Assembly (NCBI GenBank): GCA_021734255.1
Contig: JAIPJM010000003.1
Location: forward strand, 61,517 to 125,516
Source of the DNA: Fidelibacterota bacterium
Lineage (GTDB): Bacteria; Fidelibacterota; UBA8477; JABMPR01
Length of the DNA: 64,000 nucleotides
Direction: 5' to 3'
The notes under the pieces were generated by a model that was not told the DNA's origin, did not search any database, and saw only the letters and a list, made by a program, of their open reading frames with translations. Position 1 is the first letter of the stretch, and each line of letters opens with the position of its first letter. Both the position numbers and the translations under genes were made by a program. Below are positions 7,470-14,801 of this stretch, piece by piece.

Positions 7470-10331
7470 CTATTCGGTGGAATTGTTCTTCAAATAGAAC
7501 AACTCCTTGCTTGGGGCTAAGGGGCGGCCCATCCAGAGCGGTCTTCTTAAGCCATCCGGGTGTGTCTCACGTTCTTTTGCCCAGTCATTCCACTTCTTGA
7601 AGTGAGCAAATGACTTTTCGGTATCTACAAAGACGTCACCATATTTTTCATCTGCTTTGGGCACACTGATGGTCACTTTTTGCAGCCAGCAATGGGCACC
7701 TGATACTGGATCCGGTTGGACGGCATGAGTGATGTTCTGATGAACCCCTCCATCTCGCCACCAGACACGCTGAGTGTCAGGATCGTCGGTCTTCCAGGGT
7801 TCGACGCCAGTGAGTGTCTCCATGCGCCACTTGCCTGTGCCTTCTTGACTGATCTTCACTGTATTGGTCATAAATTTATTGCCCTGGTCTTGCTGACGAC
7901 GCCAACGACCAATATGATGGGAACAGGCAACCACGCCAGGTTTAATTGCCTCTGTTACCCAAACTTTGTCCACGAACCAACCGATCTCTGTCTCAATTTT
8001 GAGCAATTCACCCGTTTTTACTCCCAGTTTTTTCGCATCAAGGGTATTGATCCAGATGGGGTTCCTGTGGGCGATCTCTGTCAGCCATTTGGCATTGGCA
8101 GAGCGACTGTGAATGTGGGTCGGAAGTCTGAAATTGGGTAACAGCACACATTCATGTTTGTCCTCATCCATATGATCCTTATGAACATGGGATTTGATAT
8201 AACCCGGTATGGCCTGATCCGGATAACCAAAATCCACCATGGTCTGGGAAAAGAACTCCTGTTTCCTGGAGGGTGTCGGAAATCCTGCATATTTCTTCCC
8301 TTTGTCAACAACACCAACCGCTTTACCGTCCTTTATCAGTGTTCCGGTTGCGGTCTCTGTGGCTCCTTCTGCGTCCATCTCAGATAGGGGCGTCTTGTTC
8401 TTCTCGTAGAGGCTGGGAACCACATTGTACGCGCCATACTTCCGCATATACTCAAGAGCGGTGAGACCCTCCTTTTCCGCTGTCTCCGTTAGGCCCTCTG
8501 TATGTTCGAAGATGTACTGGTAATATTCATCAATGTTGATCTTCTCGCCCTCGCGATAGGGGCTCATAAAGTGCTTCCTGATACCCAGATCATTGTCCTT
8601 ATCGATACGCCAGGATAGTTCGATCCAGAATTCATCCTCTTCCCAGACCTGGCCAGGGTTCACTTCGTAGGTGTACTCTACTGGCCTGCCTTCCCTTCTG
8701 GCTTGTTCTCTCAGAACGGGCTGACGATAGGCGATCCAGACCCCGGAATGGGTCTCATATGAATTGAGGTCATGGCGTTCGGGACCGTGTCCCATGGGAA
8801 GTACATAGTCTGCGAAAAATGCTGTCTCATTCCAGGTAGGCGTCAGTGCAATGTGGCAGCCAACTTTCTCTGGGTCAGACAGCATCTCGATCCAGGAAAA
8901 TCCATCGGGATAGGTCCAGACCGGGTTAAAGACTCGCGTAAAGTAAACATCCATGGTCCCACGACCATCCTTGATCAGGTGAGGCAGGATCTGACTCATT
9001 TCGAAGTGATTCAGAGTGTATTCCTGTGGAAAGTGGAGTTCATTCCAGACAGGGGGACCGGGAGGTACGTCAAAAAATTCAGGGTGGAATTTATTCCAGG
9101 CGCTGGGTGAGGTGCCACCGGGGGTTCCAACCGATCCTGTGAGGACATTCAGAAAATGCAGGGTTCTTGATACCTGCCAGCCGCCCAGGTTTCCGATGGA
9201 AGCGCCGCGCCATACATGACTTGACAACTGCGAGCCGGCGCCAGCAATAACATGAGCGACCTCAACGATCTGCTCTGCTTCAATACCGGCTTCGGATGCT
9301 GCATACTCAGGGGTGAACTCGGAGTAGACATCGATCAGAGCTGACACGAAATTGTCAAAAGTAAGGTCAAGATCGGGATGCTCAGCCTTGAGATATTCAT
9401 CCCAATTGACCCAGGTTTCCATATACTCACGATCATACAAGCCTTCTTGAAGAATGATACGGGCGATGGCCAGAAACACAGCTGCCTCAGATCCCGGGTA
9501 TGTTGGCATCCAGTAGTCGGCATGACTGGCTGTATTGGAGAGGCGGGGATCCAGCACGATAAGCTTGGCGCCCTTGAGCTTGCCTTCCATGATACGCTGA
9601 GCATGGGGATTGAAATAGTGACCGGTTTCAAGATGCGAACTGGCCAGGATGATAACCTTGGCGTTGGTGTGATCCGGAGATGGTCGATCGAATTTATGCC
9701 ACATGGCATATCCGGCACGTGCACCTGCTGAACAAATATTGGTGTGGGAATTATGTCCATCAACTCCCCAGGCCTTGAGAACACGTTCCATATAGCCTTC
9801 ATGTCCAGGACGACCGACATGGTAAACAACCTTATCCCGGCGCTCAGCTTTCAAAGATTTCTGGATCTTGGCTGCGATCTCATCCAGAGCCTGCTCCCAG
9901 GAAATGGTCTCCCACTTCCCTTCTCCACGCTCACCCGCCCGTTTCAGAGGATACATGATACGTTCAGTATCATTCACCTGGTTAATGGTTGCAGGACCTT
10001 TGGCACAGTTCCTTCCGCGGGAACCTGGGTGGTGAGGATTTCCCTCAAATTTACGGATCTTGCCGTCTTCTTTGTCGATATATGCCAACAAACCACAGGC
10101 TGATTCGCAATTGAAACAGGTGGTCGGAACGATACTATAGCGTCGCTCTTTTTTTACGGGCCAGGATTTGGGATCCAATTCTGCAAAATCTTCCCACTGA
10201 TCCGGGGGGGGATATTTATACAGGGGTCGCGGTCCTTCAAGAGCATAGACCTCTGAAGTGTCTTCATGTTGGGATATCCTGGGGATCACCCCGATCCCTT
10301 CGGCAAATTTTTCTATCCATGAACGTTTCAT
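7470..10331 (-). CDS. Molybdopterin (bis-MGD) oxidoreductase catalytic subunit, DMSO-reductase/CISM family. No Tat signal, so predicted cytoplasm-facing (SoeA-like / PsrA-PhsA-TtrA-like).
   Basis: 953 aa. N-terminal [4Fe-4S] motif CFNCESACG...C about 75 aa from the start. Candidate Mo-ligand region HTNICSAGARAGY. Main frame has an in-frame TGA 9 codons upstream of the ATG, so no hidden RR leader. Partner FeS/NrfD gene upstream. Confidence 0.85.
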   Translation of the reverse strand: MKRSWIEKFAEGIGVIPRISQHEDTSEVYALEGPRPLYKYPPPDQWEDFAELDPKSWPVKKERRYSIVPTTCFNCESACGLLAYIDKEDGKIRKFEGNPHHPGSRGRNCAKGPATINQVNDTERIMYPLKRAGERGEGKWETISWEQALDEIAAKIQKSLKAERRDKVVYHVGRPGHEGYMERVLKAWGVDGHNSHTNICSAGARAGYAMWHKFDRPSPDHTNAKVIILASSHLETGHYFNPHAQRIMEGKLKGAKLIVLDPRLSNTASHADYWMPTYPGSEAAVFLAIARIILQEGLYDREYMETWVNWDEYLKAEHPDLDLTFDNFVSALIDVYSEFTPEYAASEAGIEAEQIVEVAHVIAGAGSQLSSHVWRGASIGNLGGWQVSRTLHFLNVLTGSVGTPGGTSPSAWNKFHPEFFDVPPGPPVWNELHFPQEYTLNHFEMSQILPHLIKDGRGTMDVYFTRVFNPVWTYPDGFSWIEMLSDPEKVGCHIALTPTWNETAFFADYVLPMGHGPERHDLNSYETHSGVWIAYRQPVLREQARREGRPVEYTYEVNPGQVWEEDEFWIELSWRIDKDNDLGIRKHFMSPYREGEKINIDEYYQYIFEHTEGLTETAEKEGLTALEYMRKYGAYNVVPSLYEKNKTPLSEMDAEGATETATGTLIKDGKAVGVVDKGKKYAGFPTPSRKQEFFSQTMVDFGYPDQAIPGYIKSHVHKDHMDEDKHECVLLPNFRLPTHIHSRSANAKWLTEIAHRNPIWINTLDAKKLGVKTGELLKIETEIGWFVDKVWVTEAIKPGVVACSHHIGRWRRQQDQGNKFMTNTVKISQEGTGKWRMETLTGVEPWKTDDPDTQRVWWRDGGVHQNITHAVQPDPVSGAHCWLQKVTISVPKADEKYGDVFVDTEKSFAHFKKWNDWAKERETHPDGLRRPLWMGRPLAPSKELFYLKNNSTE

Positions 10332-10384
10332 AGTCTGATCCCCTCGATCTTCTTTTCAGATATATAATGTTGAATAAGGTTCAT
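10328..10384 (-). CDS. Candidate 18-codon upstream ORF (MNLIQHYISEKKIEGIRL), translationally coupled to the molybdoenzyme gene
   Basis: Strong SD TAGGAGGA 6 nt upstream of its ATG. The SD overlaps the stop of the FeS/NrfD gene. Its TGA overlaps the ATG of the 953-aa gene (ATGA). Confidence 0.25.
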   Translation of the reverse strand: MNLIQHYISEKKIEGIRL

Positions 10385-10394
10385 CTGTATCCTC

Positions 10395-12005
10395 CTAGCT
10401 CAACGGAATCAACTGGGGTACCCGGATCCTCACAAACTCGGTGAGATAAATACCGACAGCAGCCAGGCCAGCAGCGATGAAGACCATGAGATCCGTATCC
10501 AGAGTATAAAGCATAGCCAGCGGAACAATATTTCCCATGAGTATTCCCAGATAGAAATAGCGGCTATAATAGCCCCCGGTCATGAGTTTATGGGCACGTT
10601 TGGTATCCGATGTGGCATGCGGGCTCAGGAATTCAAGTACGAGAAGAGCCAGATTCAGAGAAACGGCAACCTTGAGTACCGTGAGGACCAGTCCACCTCC
10701 ATCACTGGCCAGGAAAATCCAACCTGCCGCACCAGCGATCAGAGCATGGATCAGCATGTGAACAGGAGCCAGATGATTGGCCCACAGATCTCTTCCTTTA
10801 GCCTGAGCCAGCAGGAAGGCCGTATAAATAGCCGTCATGACCGCAATTGGGGCCGTTAGATTGATCAGCAACTTGCGAAAGCCCAGGTCGAAAAGGTTAT
10901 CAAGCAGGAGCAGGGTTACAACACCACCAAAGGCTGTGATCAAGTATCCACCGCGAACCAGCCAGCTGGACCAGTTGGGTCTCAGTAGTACATAGGGGAA
11001 GCGATCCGGTCGATCCAGATCTTTCACCAACAAACCGCCAGTGAACAGCATGAATACCAGGGTCCCAATAGCAGCAGAAAACTCAAGGCTTGAATTTGAG
11101 ACACCACCGAACCATGATAACAGGGCCATGATCAGCATGAGCCCCGTCGCCACAGATTTGGTCCAGATGTAAGCCGGGACTTCCCAGCCCCAAAGCACAC
11201 CTTTGGCAGGTGAGTCGTAGACACGGGTTGCTTTGCTGGATGCCTGTTCTTTTAATTCTGCCAGCACATTATCGATAGCTCTTTGATCCGGTTGGGTGCC
11301 ATTTTTCGCATGGGATTCCATGGCCATCTGTACCAGGAGATCGGCTTGGGCCTCTGTGCTTGCAGGGTCACTGGCATGTTTGGCAAAATGACCAACACCA
11401 CTGGACTGCTCACTCCAAATATAATTATCGCGACGATCGGTCTGGGTCGGTGTCAGCATATCTGAATCACCTTCCACATACCAGAGATTGGGGGTGGTCC
11501 CCTTTTCTGGTTTTCTGGTGACCACGTGCTCCATAGCAACAAAAGATGATATTTTTGAATGCGGATCATCCAGATCCCCTGAAACGATGGCCTCCGTCGG
11601 ACAGATCACAACACATGCTGGTTCATATCCGCCATCGATCCTGTGGGCACAGTAATTACACTTGGCCGCCGTATTGTCATTGGGGTCGATATAGAGTGCA
11701 TCGTAGGGACAAGCCTGCATACAGGACTTGCAGCCGATACAACGCGCATTATCGAAATCTACGATTCCGTCCATACGTGTATACAGGGCAGACGTGGGAC
11801 AGATCTCCGTGCAGGGAGCATCTTCACAATGATTGCAACGGTGGACTGAGAAGGAACGACTGGTGTCCGGAAAGACACCTTTTTCGATGTATTTCACATG
11901 GGTGCGATTGACACCGATGGCCACATCGTGTTCAGATTTACAGGCAACCGTACAGGCATGACAGCCAATACATTTACGGTTGTCTATGACAAAGCCATAA
12001 TTCAT
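10395..12005 (-). CDS. Fused electron-transfer/membrane-anchor subunit: N-terminal 4x[4Fe-4S] ferredoxin domain (PsrB/SoeB-like) plus C-terminal NrfD/PsrC/SoeC-like polytopic membrane domain
   Basis: Four Cys clusters (CIGCHACTVACKSEH, CNHCEDAPCTEICP, CIGCKSCMQACP, CNYCAHRIDGG..CVVICP) in the first 150 aa. A hydrophilic linker follows, then about 8 TM helices. No signal peptide. Confidence 0.8.
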   Translation of the reverse strand: MNYGFVIDNRKCIGCHACTVACKSEHDVAIGVNRTHVKYIEKGVFPDTSRSFSVHRCNHCEDAPCTEICPTSALYTRMDGIVDFDNARCIGCKSCMQACPYDALYIDPNDNTAAKCNYCAHRIDGGYEPACVVICPTEAIVSGDLDDPHSKISSFVAMEHVVTRKPEKGTTPNLWYVEGDSDMLTPTQTDRRDNYIWSEQSSGVGHFAKHASDPASTEAQADLLVQMAMESHAKNGTQPDQRAIDNVLAELKEQASSKATRVYDSPAKGVLWGWEVPAYIWTKSVATGLMLIMALLSWFGGVSNSSLEFSAAIGTLVFMLFTGGLLVKDLDRPDRFPYVLLRPNWSSWLVRGGYLITAFGGVVTLLLLDNLFDLGFRKLLINLTAPIAVMTAIYTAFLLAQAKGRDLWANHLAPVHMLIHALIAGAAGWIFLASDGGGLVLTVLKVAVSLNLALLVLEFLSPHATSDTKRAHKLMTGGYYSRYFYLGILMGNIVPLAMLYTLDTDLMVFIAAGLAAVGIYLTEFVRIRVPQLIPLS

Positions 12006-12059
12006 AGTAGTTGGTCTCCCCCGTTCAGAATTCGGGTAAAAATCATTTATTCAGTTGGT

Positions 12060-13232
12060 TCAGGAAGCCTGTTGAGCAGCATATGCAGACGCTGCACATT
12101 CGTTCTTCCCAAGGTCCATGGTGCTCTGCTCATCATCCTCTGGATTCAGCCAACCGGCATTCACCTTTCTGATCTCAGCATAGACATCAGGCTGCTTACG
12201 TATGTTTTCCAGGATGAATTTTTGGAAATCCTTATCATTATCGATCCCATAAATGGACGCATTACCCTCAATGATCTTCCCCAGTGATTTTTCAAAAACC
12301 AGGTCTTCATTTGCTTCGCTCCACTGGATATAATGACCGGGAAGCACCTGAAGGTTGGGATCCATCTTTTTGATCTTCTGGTTTACTGTTTCATAAAGCA
12401 TGGTGGCCCATTCGACTGCTTTACCGCCTAGATCTGGTCGCCCCAGCGATATGATGAAAATCGTATCTCCAGATATCACATATTTCCCGTCAATGATGTA
12501 GCAGGTGCTGCCAGGTGTATGGCCCGGCGTATGAACGATCCTGATATCAGGGCCTTTGGGAGAAGCCTTGTAGGTCTCGCCGTCCTGAATAGAAACATAT
12601 TCGAAACTGGCACCGAGAAAATCACCGGCATGTGCATGAACCACTGCCCCTGTTTTTTCTGCCAGGAAGCGACTGCCACTGATATAATCAGCCTGAAGGT
12701 GTGTTTCGAAAGTTTGGGTTAGCTTGCAATCATGCGCTTCCGCAAATTGAGAGTAAAACTCCATATTCCTCGAAGGATCAAAGAGAGTCAGCTCACCTTC
12801 AGAGATCAAACCATAATTCAGAGAGGCTTTTCCAGGCCGAACGAACTGCCACAGTTCGTAGGTATCCGCAGTATCGTTAATTCTTTTGTCTGTCAACATA
12901 TTGCCCCAGGAAACGATTCCCTGGGTTAGATACCCTACATCTTCAAATCCATGGGCGATCAGGATCTCGCCTACATATTTCGCTGAGCCTTCCTTCGCGC
13001 AGACGACCCTCACCTTTTTATCACGCGGGACCTTGGCTACCGATGCTTCCTCTTCTTCCATGAAGTCAAAATAAGGGACATTGATCATATCCACTTCAAC
13101 GGGACTTTCCACTTTGAAGCGGTTGAAGTCCTCTTCATTTCTTACATCCAGAATGAGGAGTTCTTCCGCTTGGGTGAGCCAGTCAAAAAGTTGCTTTGCT
13201 GAGTAGGGAGTAAGCATGTAATTACCTCGCAA
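12060..13232 (-). CDS. Rhodanese-domain / MBL-fold fusion protein, persulfide dioxygenase (ETHE1/Blh)-like
   Basis: N-terminal rhodanese (LILDVRNEEDF...VVCAKEGSAKY). C-terminal MBL fold aligning to ETHE1 (THLQADYISGS vs THCHADHITGS; HTPGHTPGS; SGDTIF). The ETHE1 Fe ligands (His, His, Asp) are conserved. Confidence 0.75.
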   Translation of the reverse strand: MRGNYMLTPYSAKQLFDWLTQAEELLILDVRNEEDFNRFKVESPVEVDMINVPYFDFMEEEEASVAKVPRDKKVRVVCAKEGSAKYVGEILIAHGFEDVGYLTQGIVSWGNMLTDKRINDTADTYELWQFVRPGKASLNYGLISEGELTLFDPSRNMEFYSQFAEAHDCKLTQTFETHLQADYISGSRFLAEKTGAVVHAHAGDFLGASFEYVSIQDGETYKASPKGPDIRIVHTPGHTPGSTCYIIDGKYVISGDTIFIISLGRPDLGGKAVEWATMLYETVNQKIKKMDPNLQVLPGHYIQWSEANEDLVFEKSLGKIIEGNASIYGIDNDKDFQKFILENIRKQPDVYAEIRKVNAGWLNPEDDEQSTMDLGKNECAASAYAAQQAS

Positions 13233-13478
13233 TCATTTCATACGCTGGACATAGAATATCTTATCGAGTCCAACTTCGTCTATCTGTAAAACCTTTTGTC
13301 CGGAGGCTCTGCACCAGGCCTTGATATCTGATTCTGCTCAGGGATGAGCAGCTGTAATTTTCAGTATCTCACCTATCTGCATCATTCTTAATTGTTGGTT
13401 CGAACGAATCACCGGCATTCCCATGCCGCAGTCCCCCAGATCTATGGATACATCCCATTTGACGTCCATATGCTTCAT
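13233..13478 (-). pseudogene. TusA-like sulfur-carrier paralog with in-frame TGA (13338-13340) and altered active-site motif (CPxP replaced by CGMGMP)
   Basis: Translation MKHMDVKWDVSIDLGDCGMGMPVIRSNQQLRMMQIGEILKITAAHP*AESDIKAWCRASGQKVLQIDEVGLDKIFYVQRMK aligns along its whole length with the neighbouring TusA (…DPGSKNDISAWTSRTGHELLG…FVYFIKKK). The stop sits where Gly/Ala is expected. The extended frame ends exactly at the start of the next gene. Confidence 0.5.
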
Positions 13479-13482
13479 TGTG

Positions 13483-13998
13483 CTAAATGAAAAGTGATAT
13501 ATCAGCGTCTGCCGCAAACTCCAGGAAGGTTGCTGCACCGCCAAGTTCAACGCCATCGATGAACTGATCCTGTGTAAATCCGAAGACATCCATGGTCATC
13601 TGACAGCCAATCAGTCTGACACCCAGATCGATGCACATTTCACGCAGCTCTTCCACCGTCGCGACACCTTTTTTCGCAAAGGTCTTCTTCATGAAGGATG
13701 TTGCCATGGCCTCATAGCCTGGAACATTGTTGCCCAGGATATTGGGGATGGGCCACTCAAAATTCTGAAATCCCTTTGGCCCAAATGGCATCTTCATGGG
13801 CATGGCAGGATTGGTCTGTGGCGCCACCTTGGCATCAATCTTTTTGTTCAGCAGGGGCAGCCCATAGAAGGTAAAGAATACAGCAACTTCCATATCCATG
13901 GCGGCTGCTGTCGAGGCTAGTAAAAATGGCGGATAAGCCCAGTCCAGAGTTCCCTGGGAGGCGATCATTGCCAAGCGCTTGGGTCTGTTTTCACTCAT
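13483..13998 (-). CDS. DsrE/DsrF-like (DsrE2-type) sulfur-relay family protein
   Basis: 171 aa. Conserved LIGCQMTMDVFG Cys motif typical of the DsrE/DsrF/DsrH-like family. Adjacent to TusA. Confidence 0.7.
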   Translation of the reverse strand: MSENRPKRLAMIASQGTLDWAYPPFLLASTAAAMDMEVAVFFTFYGLPLLNKKIDAKVAPQTNPAMPMKMPFGPKGFQNFEWPIPNILGNNVPGYEAMATSFMKKTFAKKGVATVEELREMCIDLGVRLIGCQMTMDVFGFTQDQFIDGVELGGAATFLEFAADADISLFI

Positions 13999-14009
13999 GG
14001 ATCACCCGC

Positions 14010-14246
14010 TCACTTCTTCTTGATGAAGTAAACGAACCCTTCATCATTTTCATCAGTACCAAGTAGTTCATGGCCTGTACGGGACGTCCATGCAGAAATA
14101 TCATTTTTTGAACCTGGATCAGTCGCTACCATTTTTAGAATTTGACCACTCTCCATAGCATCAATTGCCTTCTTGGTCTTGATCACGGGAAGAGGGCAAT
14201 TCAGTCCTTTGCAATCCAGTTCCTGATCCACATTAAATTCTGTCAT
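14010..14246 (-). CDS. tusA: TusA-like sulfurtransferase
   Basis: 78 aa with canonical LDCKGLNCPLPVIKTKKAI...TDPGS (CPxP motif). Confidence 0.85.
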   Translation of the reverse strand: MTEFNVDQELDCKGLNCPLPVIKTKKAIDAMESGQILKMVATDPGSKNDISAWTSRTGHELLGTDENDEGFVYFIKKK

Positions 14247-14596
14247 TTAGCTACTCCTTCTTTCTCCGGGAAAAGCTCCCCCAATTTGAATTCTCCAGCT
14301 TCCAATCCGATTTTGCATGAATTGACGCAATTTAAGATTTTCACGATCATATCACTGGCTAAAAAATAAAAAAATCGGGTGCCCTCACGCCTGGAGGCCA
14401 GAATGTTGCGTCTTTGCATGTAACGCAGATGCTGGGAAGTGATGGGCTGGGGGAGATCCAATTCACGTTGGATCTGTCCGACTGACTTTTCTTCTTCCTG
14501 CAAAAACTCAATGATCCGTAATCGTTCGGGATGCCCCAATGCTTTCAAGGTCTTGGAGGCTGATGCGAAAAATTCAGCTTTCTCGGTATCGGTCAT
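14243..14596 (-). CDS. ArsR/SmtB-family transcriptional regulator, SqrR/BigR-like candidate persulfide/redox sensor
   Basis: HTH region LKALGHPERLRIIEFLQEEEKSVGQIQRELDLPQPITSQHLRYM. C-terminal CVNSC pair. Start placed at MTDTEK (14594-14596), because the upstream direct repeats are likely the operator. The ORF track's longer start is 14632. Confidence 0.8.
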   Translation of the reverse strand: MTDTEKAEFFASASKTLKALGHPERLRIIEFLQEEEKSVGQIQRELDLPQPITSQHLRYMQRRNILASRREGTRFFYFLASDMIVKILNCVNSCKIGLEAGEFKLGELFPEKEGVAK

Positions 14597-14801
14597 GTTT
14601 TGTATCACCATTATTAAGACAATATTTGTCATAATATATAGTTTTCACTATATTTGTCAAGTTGAATATTTACACCTGTAGGGCAGCGGTCATGGCAATT
14701 GCTTTTAGCACCAAAAAATGTAGTTTGTCAGGTGTTTTACACCTTCTTTTATAGTAACCCATCCCCCATTAATTCATCAATAATGATATAATTTTTCAGG
14801 A
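14597..14801. promoter_or_regulatory. Divergent promoter region (regulator leftward, acnA rightward) with direct repeat TATTTGTCA x2 (14623-14631, 14651-14659) and near-palindrome GACAATATTTGTC
   Basis: Repeats seen directly, in an AT-rich interval between divergent genes. Candidate ArsR-family operator. Confidence 0.4.

Noticed and set aside
9335-9829. 164-aa and other ORFs antisense to or overlapping the molybdoenzyme gene (9335-9829, 9378-9731, 9744-10103, 7716-8141)
   Set aside because: They lie entirely inside a 953-aa gene with clear family motifs, have no RBS or domain signal, and are typical spurious frames of a long GC-balanced gene.
13338-13340. In-frame TGA in the TusA-like gene as evidence for an alternative genetic code (UGA=Gly, code 25) or selenocysteine
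   Set aside because: TGA terminates many well-supported genes in this window (for example acnA, the 99-aa and ParB-like genes, the NAD-epimerase gene), so global recoding is excluded. The aligned residue is Gly/Ala rather than Cys, and no obvious SECIS-like hairpin follows. Pseudogene or sequencing error is more parsimonious.
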